From: Chiloscyllium plagiosum
Taxonomy: Eukaryota
DNA: 64,000 nt
Assembly: GCF_004010195.1 (NCBI RefSeq)
Contig: NC_057750.1
Span: forward strand, 13,146,448-13,210,447
Direction: 5' to 3'
The number at the start of each line of letters is the position of its first letter. Positions within the stretch are counted from its first letter, which is position 1. Positions 1 to 12,615 of the stretch are shown here, one piece after another. The notes under the pieces are model-generated. The model was not told the origin of the DNA. It saw nothing but the letters and a program-made list of their open reading frames with translations, and did not search any database. Both the position numbers and the translations under genes were made by a program.

Positions 1-1245
1 AGGGAGCATGGGAATGAGTGGGTTAGAGAGCATGGGAATGGGTGAGTTAGGGAGCATGGGAATGGGTGGGTTAGAGAGCATGGGAATGGGTGGGTTAGGG
101 AGCATGGGAATGGGTGGGTTAGGGAGCATTGGAATGGCTGAGTTATGAATCATGGGAATGGGTGGGTTAGGGAACATGGGAATGCTGGGTTACAGAGCAT
201 TGGAATGGGTGTGTTAGGGAGCATGGGAGTGGGTATGTTATGGAGGATGGGAATGGGTGGGTTATGGAGGATGGGAATGGTTGGTTTATGGAGCATGGGA
301 ATGGGTGAGTTAGGGAGCATGGAAATGGGTGGGTTAGGGAGCATGGGAATGGGTGGGTTAGGGAGAATGGGAATGGGTGATTTAGGAAGCATGGGAATGG
401 ATGGGTAGGGAGCATGGGAATGGGTGGGTTAGGGAGCATGGGAATGGGTGTGTTAGGGACCATGGGAATGTGTGGGTTATGGAGCATGGGAATTGGTGGG
501 TGAGGTAGCATGGGAATGGGTGGGTTAGAGAGCATGGGAATGGGTGTGTTAGGGAGCATGGGAATGGGTGGCTTATGGAGCATGGGAATGGATGTGTTAG
601 GGAGCATGGGAATGCCTGAGTTAGGAATCATGGGAATGGGTGGGTTAGGGAGCATGGGAATGGCTGGGTTACTGAGCATTGGAATAGGTGTGTTAGGGAG
701 CATGGTAATGGGTGTGTTAGGGAGCATGGGAATGGGTGTGTTAGAGTGCATGGGAATGGGTGGGTTAGAGAGCATGGGAATGGGTCGGTGAGAGAGCATG
801 GGAATGGGTGAGTTAGGGAGCATGGGAATGTGTGGGTGAGGTAGCATGGGAATGGGTGGGTTACAGAGCATTGGAATGGGTGTGTTAGGGAGCATGGGAA
901 TGGGTGTGTTAGGGACCATGGGAATGGGTGTGTTAGAGTGCATGGGAATGGGTGGGTTAGAGTGCATGGGAATGGGTGGGTTATAGAACATGGGAATGGG
1001 TAGGGTTTGGGAGCATGGCAATGGGTCGGTCAGGGAGCATGGGAATGGCTGGGTTAGGGACCATGGGAATGGGTAGGTTAGAGTGCTTGGGAATGGTGGT
1101 TTAGGGAGCATGCGACTGGGTGTGTTAGGGAGCATGGGAATGTGTTGGTTAGGGAGCATGGGAATGGGTGGGTTAGGGAGCATGGGAATGTATTCGTTAG
1201 GGAGCATGGGAATGTGTTCGTTAGGGAGCATGGGAATGTGTGGAT
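1..1245 (+). repeat. 24-bp G-rich minisatellite (GGGAGCATGGGAATGGGTGGGTTA)n, about 50 copies, runs off the window start
   Basis: Directly visible 24-nt period. It explains the spurious MGMGGLGS and PIPMLPNP ORFs. Confidence 0.97.
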
Positions 1246-1689
1246 TTGACTGAATCAGAAAAGTGGCAACTGGCAGACAGAGAAATAGAGTTGAGGCCAC
1301 CATTAGGTTGAGCAACATCTCCCCACATGGACGCTCGGCCTGAAGTATCCAGCCCTGCTCTTACTGCTTACAACCGTCAGTCCCTCATGCGTTTATCCAG
1401 CTTCCCATGGAACCCATCGATCTGTCTCAACTAGTCCTCATGTTAGAAAGATCCAGAAATCACCTTGGATGTCATCACTGTCATGTACACACTTACAAAC
1501 CTGAAACAGATGGGGTCTTGTGGTGCAATGGTAGTGTCCCTGCCTCTACGCCAGCCGGCCCAAGTGCTGCCTGCTCCGGAAGTGTGTTACAATCTCGCTG
1601 GAAAATACCTACAAACCTGAGGCAGAAGGACTAGTTATCTCCATCTCTTATTTTTCAGGGCTCTCACTGAGCATGGGACATCAGTAAGG

Positions 1690-1970
1690 ACGAGGGGAGA
1701 TGGTGATGTTGTGGTCATGTCCCTGAGTTGACTATCCATAGCCCAGCCGAATATCTTGGGGAGATTGGGTCACATCAGCAGATAGAATTAAAATTCAATT
1801 CATAAATCGAAAATTGAAAAGCAGGTTTTGGTAATAATGGCCACAGAAATTATCATCAATCTTTTCATGAAAAATAAAATCCCAATTTGTTCATGAATGC
1901 CCTTTAGGGAGGGAAATCTGCCACTCTTATTCAGCCTGCCCTACATGTGACTCCAGACCCTCAACTTGCT
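1690..1970 (+). mobile_element. Deu-domain SINE (SacSINE1/AmnSINE1-like), degenerate
   Basis: Contains GGAAATCTGCC...CTACATGTGACTCCAGACCC, a core shared with many copies in the window. Confidence 0.6.
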
Positions 1971-2204
1971 CTTACAAGGGCAGAGGTAACAAGTGAACGA
2001 ATGAAAGAGAGAAACACTAAGTTCAAACAGAGCAAATGTTGCTGGAGAAACTCAGTAGATCTGGCAGCATCTGTGGAGACAGAAACACAGCTAGTGTCGC
2101 AAGTCCTGTGTGTCTTCCTCAGGGACCTTTGTAATTTTAAACAGGTCACATCAGGGAAAGAGGGAGGGCAAACAGAGCCCTGATCTGTTCAATTTTCCTG
2201 ATCC

Positions 2205-2617
2205 TAGAATCCCTACAGTGTGGAAGCAGATCATTCGGCCTATCGAGTCCACACTGAGACCCTCCACAGAGCGCCCCATCCAGACCCACACCCTATTACT
2301 GTGTATTTCCCCATGGCCAATCCAACTAACCCGCACATGGAGTCAAACAGCACAGAAACAGACCCTTCAGTCCATGCCGAACATAATCCCAAACTAAACT
2401 AGTCCCACCTGCTCGATAGCCCTCCAAACCTTTCCAGGTCACATACTTATCCAAATGCCTTTTCTACAGGAGGAAACCAGAGCACCTGGAGGAAACTCAC
2501 GCTGACGCGGGGAGAATGTGCAAACTCCACACAGACAGTCCCCCAAGGCTGGAATCAAACCTGGGTCCCTGGTGCTATGAGGCAGCAGTGCTAACCACTG
2601 AGCCACTGTGCCGCCCC
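2205..2617 (-). mobile_element. HE1-type V-SINE with a nested CR1 3' tail piece
   Basis: Reverse complement of GGCGGCACAGTGGCTCAGTGGTTAGCACTGCTGCCTC (tRNA-like head with Pol III A/B boxes) plus the V-domain TGTGTGGAGTTTGCACATTCTCCCCG. Confidence 0.85.
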
Positions 2618-3246
2618 GATGTCTATAACCTCTCGTGCCTGGCATCATCCATATCAATCCTAGGTGCGAATCTTGGCACTGAATGCCATCCTATTACCGT
2701 GAACATAACAGCCAGTTCTCACACTTGAAGCTGGTAGGAAATTGCAGATTTTGTAGAACTTAGTAAGATAAATAGGAATTTAAAAACATTTTTGTAATTT
2801 CAAAACTAAGAATAGCTTGGACATCTGAAATTGGCTGATGTGGAATAATGAGGTATATATATATATATATTATACACATCTGGAAGTACTACACTGGGAG
2901 GTGGATAATGGCAATGACATCATCCTGTACTTAACCGTGCTGCAGACAAATATTCTCATCTGGGCACCATCCCCCCAAAGCTCATGATGAGATCATTTGT
3001 CCAGCAGTAACACACGACCACTTGTCACAGAACCTGCAATGAAAGCTGACCTGGTTGTGTTTATGACATAGACGTCGCAAACATCAAAGGTCGAACATGG
3101 AGACCTAACTTTAGTCAGCCATTTGCTTTTCTTGGCCCAGCAGTGCTTCGGTCCAACAGCCTCCTCCCCTCACAGACCGTACGCTCCTCCCCCCGCCTCC
3201 CATTTTTCAATGGACTGTTGCTCTCAGTCAACAGAGAGAGACCATG

Positions 3247-3563
3247 GTCAAGATTAGAGTGGTGCTGGAAAAGCACAGCAGGTCAGGCAGCATCCGAGGA
3301 GCAGGAAAATCAACAAAATCAGGAAACCCGGTCGGCATTGGCAAGTTGGGCCGAAGGGCCTGTTTCCGGTCTGTTTGACGCCATCATGCATTGAACTGAC
3401 TTTGTTAACTGCTTCATTGAACCTTTACGCCTGAGATGACTGAATACTTTGCCCGAAACATCGATTTTCCTGCTACTTGGATGCTGCCTGACCTGCTGTG
3501 CTTTTCCAGCACTACTGTGATATTGACTCAGATCTCCAGCATCTGCAGTACCCATTTTTGCCT
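3247..3563. mobile_element. Penelope-derived short element with inverted arms and a 14-bp flanking direct repeat
   Basis: GTGCTGGAAAAGCACAGCAGGTCAGGCAGCATCC and its reverse complement both present. AGAGAGAGACCATG occurs at 3233-3246 and 3564-3577. Confidence 0.75.
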
Positions 3564-3669
3564 AGAGAGAGACCATGAACTGTTGCAAAAAGACTTGCAC
3601 TTGGATAGCAACTCTCACGACCGCAGGGCACCCTAACGCACATTTTAAGAGTCAGGTCAAGTGTCAGGA

Positions 3670-4155
3670 GTAGCTCTATTTGTCATTTCTACCAGATACA
3701 ACTGACACAGTAAAAACGAGACCGCGTTCCTCCAGGACTGAGGGTGTTACATGGACTGCACAAACTGCACTATCATACACAGGGCGGCATAAAATTGCAT
3801 AAGAAGTGCAAAATAGCATTGTACTTCTAGATATGTCAAGAAGCTGGGCACAGTGTAGAAATTGTAGTGTAATAAAAGAATGATAATTAATAAAACATTG
3901 TTCTAGCAGGAATTCAAAGAGTTTCAGATGGAATAGAGTCTGACGATACAGTGTTAAGGAGCCTAATGGCTTGGGGGAAGAAACCGTTGCACAGTCTGGC
4001 CATGAGAGACCGAATGCTCCGGAATCTTCTGCCAGATGGCAGGGGGGGGAGAAGAGTTTGAGTGAGGGGTGTGTAGGGTCCTCCAGAATGCCTTTCGGAT
4101 GCAGCGTGTGGAGTAAACGTCATGGAGGGAAGAGAGACCCTGACGACCCTCTCAA
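3670..4155 (-). mobile_element. Rex1/Babar LINE 3' fragment
   Basis: Minus-strand LPSGRRFRSIRSLMARLCNGFFPQAIRLLN, the typical Rex1 C-terminus. Confidence 0.8.
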
Positions 4156-4676
4156 GCATTTGAGGCCAACGCCGTGCTCCGGAGGAGCAGCGCACAGTGA
4201 TGGCGGAAACACGGCGTTTTTAGCGCACGGTGCGATCCCACCAGTGGCGCGCTCGCTGAGCCAATGATCTGCTTTGGTCTCGTGCATGCTCGGTACGGCA
4301 ATTGTGAGTCAGTCTTAATCTCCACACTCCAGCCCCGCAGTGGGGTACCCAGGTCCGCCCCACTTCGAGGCAAACAGTGCTACCAGTGTGGAGGCAATCA
4401 TCAGGGCTGGGTGTTCATCAAGGGATTTGCAAACAAGCACAATTTCCAAATCCAGTTGTTACTTAGTGAGGAGCCAACACAGGAGCCCTGGGAGGGAATT
4501 CAATAAAAGTCCATCAGCTGGATATTAAGGTATCGAAATGAATTCAAAATTAGTCAGGCAATGTAGAGGAAAGTACAAGGGGAGTACAAGTCCAAACTAC
4601 GCAATCTCTCCTCGCTAGAAAATTCCTCTAACCCAGGATCAGCTGAGTGTACCATCACTGGCCTGCCTCCCATCCA

Positions 4677-5176
4677 NNNNNNNNNNNNNNNNNNNNNNNN
4701 NNNNNNNNNNNNNNNNNNNNNNNNNNNNNNNNNNNNNNNNNNNNNNNNNNNNNNNNNNNNNNNNNNNNNNNNNNNNNNNNNNNNNNNNNNNNNNNNNNNN
4801 NNNNNNNNNNNNNNNNNNNNNNNNNNNNNNNNNNNNNNNNNNNNNNNNNNNNNNNNNNNNNNNNNNNNNNNNNNNNNNNNNNNNNNNNNNNNNNNNNNNN
4901 NNNNNNNNNNNNNNNNNNNNNNNNNNNNNNNNNNNNNNNNNNNNNNNNNNNNNNNNNNNNNNNNNNNNNNNNNNNNNNNNNNNNNNNNNNNNNNNNNNNN
5001 NNNNNNNNNNNNNNNNNNNNNNNNNNNNNNNNNNNNNNNNNNNNNNNNNNNNNNNNNNNNNNNNNNNNNNNNNNNNNNNNNNNNNNNNNNNNNNNNNNNN
5101 NNNNNNNNNNNNNNNNNNNNNNNNNNNNNNNNNNNNNNNNNNNNNNNNNNNNNNNNNNNNNNNNNNNNNNNNNNNN
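4677..5176. other. Assembly gap (500 N). Other gaps: 16305-16678, 37183-37458, 38823-39322, 58852-59541, 60191-60690, 63102-63362
   Basis: N runs. Several are exactly 500 nt, which suggests fixed-size scaffolding gaps. Confidence 0.99.
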
Positions 5177-6269
5177 GTTCCCTCCCACAATCCAAAGATG
5201 TGCAGGTCAGGTGAATTGGCCATGATAAATTGCCCATAGTGTTAGGCACATTAGTCAGAGGGAAATGGGAGTGGGTGGTATATTCTTCGGAGGGTCAGTG
5301 TGGACTTGTTGGGCCGAAGGGCCTGTTTCCACATTGTAGGGAATCTAATCTATTATATAATATAACATCACTAAGAGATCACCTTCTAGCCAATTGGAGT
5401 ATTTAACAATGTACCCTAGAGAATATAACTAGGACGCACTGTATTTAAAATAAGGGATTTTCTGTTGAAGATAAGGAGTATTTTATCTCTCGATGAGGGT
5501 CGTGAATCTCTCAGGAACTTTGTCCCCCAGAGAGGGGGTGTTAGCAGGATCATGGAACGTTCTGAAGGCAGAGGGAAATCCATTCTTGTCTAACGAGTGA
5601 GTGAATGGTTAATGAAGCCTTGAGGCCATCAGCAGACCAGCCATGACCTTTATGAATTGGTGAAGCAGGCCCGAGGGACTGAATGGCCTCCTGCCACTCC
5701 CTAATCCGATGAGTGTGCGCATCCTTCATCAACCCACCGAGAAGGTGCCACAGTCGGTAAGGCTCTACCTCTGAGCTCCAGGCTCCCTCTCCCATGGACC
5801 AAAGGACAACCACTCCTAAGGTGGCCTGAGGCTGGATTCCAACTTGCCAACTCCTCACCTGGAGAATACCTTAGCGCTCTCATTTTCCAAAAGCAGTGGA
5901 AGTGTCTTTGAATCTTCTTTCCAGGTGGAGGTGGGTGGAATCTTGATAAACAAAGGGGGTAAAAAGTTATCAGGAGGGTGTTAGGCCGGAATGGATGGAG
6001 TGAATGGGTGAGCATTGGAGGAGCTGATTGGCCAACTCCAGCTCCTAATTTGGATGTACATTCATATAACGTCAGTCACCCGGGGTAAAAGCAGCCCACT
6101 TGATGGACCCTAGTCAGGTGATGTTGGCCAGGTAGGCCCAGCGTTGACAGATGGTGCCTGGGAGTTGGCAGGTTCGACATTAGTTGGATCCCATGTAGAC
6201 ATGATGATGGGAAAGAGGGAGGGATGGTAACATAAAGTGTCATGGATGATGAGCTTCACTCAGGACTGC

Positions 6270-6935
6270 AGGAGAGAGTGTGTGAGAGAGGACGTCTGAG
6301 AGAGGGAGCGTGAGAGAGAGGGCGTGTGAGAGAGAGGGAGAGTGAGAGAGGGAGAGGGAGTGTTAGAGAGGGGGAGAGAGGACGGGAGTGTCAAACTTAC
6401 TAACCCATCCTTCCACTTCCTCATCCAAGGCATTTATAAAGATCACAAAAAGCAGATGTCCCAGAGCCGATCCCTGCAGAACACCACTGGTCACCGAGCC
6501 CCAGGCTGAATACTTTCCATCACAGCCACCTGTCTTCTATGGGCCAGCCTTTGGCTCCCAGAGTCTCCTTCTGTCTGTGTCCAAGCTTCAGTTTCTCAGA
6601 AATCCCCTCCCCAGGAGAGAGAGTGTGTGTGTGTGTGAGAGAGAGAAAGTGAGAGAGACAGTGCGAGACAGAGAATGTGTGAGAGAGAAAGAGTGTGACA
6701 GAGAGACTGTTTGAAAGAGTGAGAGAGAAAGAGAGTGGGAGAGAGTGAGTGACAGAGATGGAAAAGAGTAAGAGATAAAGATGACAGAGATATGTGTGGA
6801 TAGATAAAGAGATGGACAGAGACAGAGAAAACGAGTGGGAGATACAGAAGCAAACAGGTAGACAAATGGAGCAACAATGAGAAAGAGAGCCGGCTGATAG
6901 CAGGGATGAATATCAAAGTAGATGGAGAGAGAGAA
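6270..6935 (+). repeat. Degenerate (GA)n/(GT)n low-complexity tract with a short CR1 fragment (about 6388-6550)
   Basis: Purine-rich GAGA tracts. Confidence 0.85.
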
Positions 6936-7842
6936 AGGAAAACATGGGATTACAATTCAAGGAACGAATCACAAAGCAACACGGGTCCTCACGGCTCTTA
7001 TCGAGAGTGGAAGCTGCTGGAGACTGTCAGCTGCTAAGCCCCGGTTCCTCCATCACTGCCAGCTCCTACTTCGATGGAACCACCCAACCAACTTTCAATG
7101 TTGAGGCAGTTCTCCTTCCCAAGGGCAATTTGGGTCAGCCAATAAATACTGGTCCAGCCCGCAACACTCATGATCACGTGAATGTGTGCACTGTGTTGTT
7201 TCAATTTCTGGGTGATAATATTACCCAATGAACTTTGGCTATGCTCCATTTTCAGGGAGAGGGCATCTACCAGGGGTTACTTAAGGGGGCATCAACCATT
7301 TACATTGAGATTTTATTGAATAGCTTTAAGCAAGAGAGAAATCTAAAACATTCCTGTTCTCCGGATTGCCTCTCATCAGGATTAAAAGCAAGAGTGCCAA
7401 ATTTCAAACGATCACAATTCATGTTATGACCAAACACGGATCTGACTGGTGTAAGTTGACCACGTTACGAGCCAGTGCTTAAGCAAAACCCAAACCAAAG
7501 TGTCTACTGTTCGATGTGATTTGCTTAATGGGGAGCACTTACTGAACAATCCTGAGAGTGCCAATAGCTAAACCAACACTGCACTTTTAAAGTAATCAGT
7601 CAAACTCACAACTCATGCTTGCCAGAAGGGATATATATAAATGCACATGGATCCTTTCTCTGCAAACAAAAAGAATATGTTCAAGCCCCTTGTATCTTTT
7701 TTGAAATGTCCGGACTTGGAAAAGCCTACCATTCCCAATTTTTCCCACTGTGGTAACATCTCAACGGCCTAATGGCATTATCTATTGACTGTTAATCCAG
7801 AGACCCTGGGTTTGAATCCCACTGTGGCAGGTGGTGAATATA

Positions 7843-8136
7843 GGGCGGCACGGTGGCTCAGCGGTTAGCACCACTGCCTCACAGCACCAGTGACCTGGGT
7901 TCGATTCCTGCCTCGGGTGACTGTCTGTGTGAAGTTTGCACGTTCTCCCCGTGCCTGCGTGGGTTTCCTCCGGGAGCTCCGGTTTCCTCCCACAATCTGA
8001 AGATGTGCTAAATTGGCCATGGGGAATTGCCAAGTCAGGGGTAAGTATGAGGTAGGTGAATGGTTCTGGGTGGGTTACCGTTCGGAGGGTTGGTTGGGCT
8101 GAAGGGCCAGCTTCCATACTGTAGAGAATCTAATCT
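7843..8136 (+). mobile_element. HE1-type V-SINE, near full length
   Basis: GGCGGCACGGTGGCTCAGCGG (A box), GGTTCGATTCC (B box), V-domain and AATCT tail. Confidence 0.9.
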
Positions 8137-8929
8137 CAGCGTTGACTCGTCAACCAATCAGCAGATTTCATTTTGTGTATAGATTGGTTAAAAATTGGCA
8201 TTCTTGTATCTGTCCTGATGTGTGCAAGATGGAAGCTTCTTTAACATGACTCGCTGTCTCTTTGGTAATAGCTACTGCTCAACGAAGATGAGATCACATG
8301 CTATTGGATGGATTTGTTCGTCTCTCTGCTCACAAGAACTGATTTGCTACTCGTTGATTCGTGTGGCACTGTGTCCTGAAGACAGTGTATTCTGTGCTGT
8401 TCCTCTTGCATGAGGATGTGACCACAGTGGGGGTGAGGTACATAGTTTTGAGTTTATAAAACGATAGGCCGACGAAGCAGGAATGCACAGGGTCAGACTC
8501 ACACAAGCAAGGAACTTTGTGTCTTGCTTTCGGTTTGATTTTGAGTTAGTGAGAAGGTTTCTACCGGCTCTTGAAAGCTGCTAGGGAGACGTCTTACTGA
8601 GTGAGGCTTCCTCTTCAAATTCAAAAGGGGCAGATCGTTTGTTTTCCTTCTGGATGAGAGAGAGAGCTAAAGTTGGCTGTTTGACCCCAGATGGTGCAGT
8701 TGAAGGGTGGTGAATTCTCCAGGAAAATGTTCAGGCAGAGTTGGCAACCCCAACTCCCGGTAGTAGGCCCGGGCCTAAGCTGAGGCCTCTTCCACTCAAC
8801 CAGAAATGGTTGGACTGCTGTAACACAGTGATCATAGAGCAACGTCCTGCATGGCCAGTAGAGGATGGCCTATTACCATAAAGCCAGTGGGTTGCTCTAT
8901 GGTGCATTATTTTGGTGACAGGGAGAAGT

Positions 8930-9655
8930 AGTCTAGGATTCATCAGGGAACTGTTTGGCAGTCTTTTATCTTGGAACAACATCAGCTCCGACATCATGCT
9001 CATGGTTTATAGAGCAGTGGTGTTTCCCACCCACCTGTATGAGTCTAAGGCATGGACTGTCTACAGCAGGGACCTCAAGGTGTTGGAGCAGTTCCACTCA
9101 CACTACCTGTGTAAGATCCCGCGAATTCGCTGGGAAAACAGACACGCCAACACCAGCCTCCACGACCAGGCCCAGCATTGAGACACTGACCCCCTCCCCC
9201 TCCCCAATCGGCTGCGAAGGGCTGGGCACGACGTCCCCATGACCGATACGGGACTCCCCCAGCAGGTGCTCTACTCCCAGCTCCCAAACAGCAGGCCAGC
9301 CCCAGGTGGGACAGAGGGAGCGCCTCAGGGATACCCTCAAGGCCTCACTGGGCCGAGTGCGGCCTTCCCACAGACACCTGGGAATCACTGGGCCGAGACC
9401 GTCCACAGTGGAGGAGGGGCATCCGGGAAGGCGTGGCACACCTGGAGACTCGCCGTCGGGAAGAAGCGGAAGCCGGGCGAAAGGAACACGCTGCCTCACC
9501 AACGCCCCGCCCACCCCCTTCCCATGACCACCTCCTGCCCCCAGTGTAACAGAGCCTGCGGTAGGCCCATCGGTCTGTACAGCCACCTGCAGACTCACCC
9601 TGAGAGTGGGAGAGAGTCATCCTCGTCTGTGAGGGACCCCAGACAACGATGATGA
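8930..9655 (+). mobile_element. RTE-clade LINE 3' fragment (frameshifted)
   Basis: VYRAVVFPTHLYESKAWTVYSRDLKVLEQFH, then LPQQVLYSQL, then C-terminal CPQCNRACGRPIGLYSHLQTH, ending in a (GAT)n tail. Confidence 0.85.
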
Positions 9656-10849
9656 CCTTGGAACTCGGCCTGCTGATGGGATCACCAGGTTTCCCGATAC
9701 CGGGGGGGGTGGGGGTGGGCACCTGGGGACTGGATGGAAGGCGAGTGGGTTGGTGTGTGGAGGGCAAGGGTTGAGCGTTGTTCCATTGCTTCCTCCCCCC
9801 ACCCCCGTTACCTCCAACTCTACACCCAGGACAGTGACAACAAGGAATGCTGGGCAGGAGCTGATTGGTCACCCGACATGCTACCACGTGACCCGGAAAC
9901 CAATCAGAACCTGCCAGTTGGGTAGGCCCATTGAGCACGCAACATCTTCAATCAGAGAGGGCCAATTGAGGGGCTCACAGAGGGTTTTTGCGTTTTTGAA
10001 ATGTTGACTCATGGGACATGAAGGTGCTGGCTGGGCCCAGCATTTATTGCCCATCCCTAGTTGCCCCTCCAGAGAAGGAACTGGTGAGCTGCCTTCTCGA
10101 ACCTCCTGAAGAAGGGTTACACCCGTAACATTGACGTCTCCACCTCCTGGTGCTGCCTGACCTGCTGTGTTCCCGCAGCCTCCTGCCTCTCTATTCCTGG
10201 ACCGCTGCAGCCATCAGAGGAACACAAATCCAACGAGGTGGGCTAGCAATGTACGAAATGAAGCCTCTCGTGGTGGGGTGGTACAGTTCCTACCTCTGCT
10301 CCAGGATGCCCGGGTTCGAGTCCCATCTACTCTAAAGGATTGCTATGACAACTCTGAACGAACTGATTAGAAAATGTTTGAAACCTTGGAATCTTTAAGA
10401 AGACAAATAAAATCGTTAGGAAGTGACAATTTGCTGTAATCTGGTTGGAATGGGATTCGAAATGTGTTTAGACAGACACGTGAACAGCCAATGAATGAAG
10501 GATATGGATCATGCACAGACAATGGGATGAGGTATAAAATGACATTGTGGTTGGCACAGACATAATGGGCCGAAGGGCCTGCTCCCATGCTGCACTGTTC
10601 TACGCCATTGTCTCTCAGTTAACCGGGGGGGGGTTTGTGAAATGTGTTTTTGCTGTGTTTAAGTCTTTTTGGGAAGGATTGGCAGAGAAAACGCTGGAGG
10701 AACTCAGCAGGTCTGGCACCACCTTTGGCGAGAGAGAAAGGGGAGCGGTTCTCTAATCTAGACGCCCCAGGTGAGCAGTCGGGGGGCATTGAGTTCTAAA
10801 TCCCACCCCAGTGTCTGGGGGGGTTGGAGGGGGGAGTTTAAATTCAATC

Positions 10850-11335
10850 AATGTCTCGTTATAGGAAAGATGTGAAAGCTTTAGAGAGGGTGCAGAGGAG
10901 ATTTACCAGGACGCTGCCTGGACTGGAGGGTGTGTCTTATGAAGAGAGATTGTGGAAGCTAAGGCTTTTCACATCGGAGTGAAGAAGGGTGAGGGGCGAC
11001 TCGATAGAGTTGTACAAGATGATGACAGGGATAGATAGAGTGGGTAGCCAGAGGTTTTTTCCCAGGGCAGAAATGGCTATTGCGAGGGGGCATCATTTGA
11101 AGATGATTGGAGGAAGGTTTAGGGCAGATGTCAGAGGATGGCCCTTTACCCAGAGAGTGGTGGGTGTGTGGAATGCACTGCCAGTGGGTGGGAGTAGAGT
11201 CAGACGCATTAGGGACATTTAAGTGACTCTTGGATAGCCACATGGAAGTTAGTACAATGAAGGGTACGTAGGTTAGTCTGATAAAAGGCAGGAACAACGT
11301 CGAGGGCCAAAGGGCCTGCACTGTTCAACGTTCAT
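10850..11335 (+). mobile_element. CR1/HER1 LINE 3' fragment
   Basis: LERVQRRFTR and RGDSIELYKMM motifs plus the GGGCCAAAGGGCCTG tail. Confidence 0.85.
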
Positions 11336-11829
11336 GCAAACATTCTGGCCTGGATTTATGACCACGAGACCCCACTGTGTTCACACAGATGAGGGGCGGA
11401 AATCTGCCAACCTTACCCACACTAGCCTGCACAAGGCTGGCATTGCCCCTTGAGGGGGTTGCCTCAAACTCCCTCAGAACAACAGCCCTGTGGGTATCCC
11501 TTACCCCACACGGGCCTCAAGCAGCGACCTCGTCACCTTCTCAAGGGCACCTTGCCAAGGGCTGTATATGCCTCACCACTGGGGCACACTGTCCAAGGCG
11601 GCATCAGAGCACTCATATGCAGGGACAGGATGGGGAGATCTTCCTAATAAAGCCTCCTCTAAACGTCTAATCATTAAAATCATATGAGGCCATTTTTTGC
11701 CGTTACGTCTGTGCTACATCACTCAGTTTCCAGCCTCAGCCATCCCAACTCTTACCCCTCCTCTACATTTGCCCCTGACTGCACCCCTCCCCAACCCAGT
11801 CTGGCACAATCCCCTGATCTATAGGAAGG

Positions 11830-12063
11830 ATGATGTGGAGATGCCAGTGTTGGACTGGGATGGACAGAGTTAAAACTCACACAACACCAGGTTATAGTCC
11901 GACAGGTTTATTCGGAAGCACTTTTGGAACGCTGCTCCTTCATCAGGTAACTCTTTATCTAATGAAGGTAACTGTAGCTACCTGCCGAAGGAGCAGCGCT
12001 CCGAAAGCTGGTGCTTCCAAATAAACCTGTTAGACTGTAACCTGGTGTGGTGTGATTTTTAAC
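11830..12063. mobile_element. Family-B Penelope-derived inverted-repeat element
   Basis: ACAACACCAGGTTATAGTCC and its reverse complement. Homologous to 23841-24347. Confidence 0.75.
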
Positions 12064-12064
12064 T

Positions 12065-12615
12065 GGAGAGGAAGGATGGTATTAAACTGGGAAGGGTGCA
12101 AAGGAGATTGACAAGGATGTTACTGGGGTTGAGTTCTAAAGAGGCTGCTTGCCCTGGAGCGTCAGAGGCTGAGGGGTGACCTTATAGAGGCTTATAGAAT
12201 CATGAGGGGCATGGATAGGGTAAATAGATAAGGTATTTTCTCCCCAGGATAGGGGAGTCCAGAACTGGAGGGCATAGGTTTAAGGTGAGAGGGGAAAGAT
12301 ATAAAAGGGACCCAAGGGGACAACTGTTTCACGCAGAGGGTGGTACGTGTATGGAATGACCTGCCAGAGGAAGTGGTGGAGGCTGGTACAATTGCAACAT
12401 TTAAGAGGCATTTGGATGGGTATATGAATAGGAAGGGTTTGGAGGGATATGGGCCGGGTGCTGGCAGCTGGGACTAGATTGGGTTGGGATATCTGGTCGG
12501 CATGGACGGGTTGGACCGAAGGGTCTGTTTCCGTGCTGTACATCTCTATGACTCTATGGCCGGCACGGATGAGTTGGGCCGAAGGGCCTGTTTCAGTGTC
12601 GCCCAACTCCATGAT
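12065..12615 (+). mobile_element. CR1/HER1 LINE 3' end (young family)
   Basis: RLRGDLIEAYRIMRG motif and a 3' UTR nearly identical to the reverse complement of 56730-57000. Confidence 0.9.

Noticed and set aside
167..1318. 383-aa Pro/Met-rich ORF
   Set aside because: By-product of the 24-bp (8-codon) tandem repeat, with no other coding evidence.
7843..7915. tRNA gene
   Set aside because: The tRNA-like head continues into the SINE V-domain and tail. The same applies to all HE1 copies.
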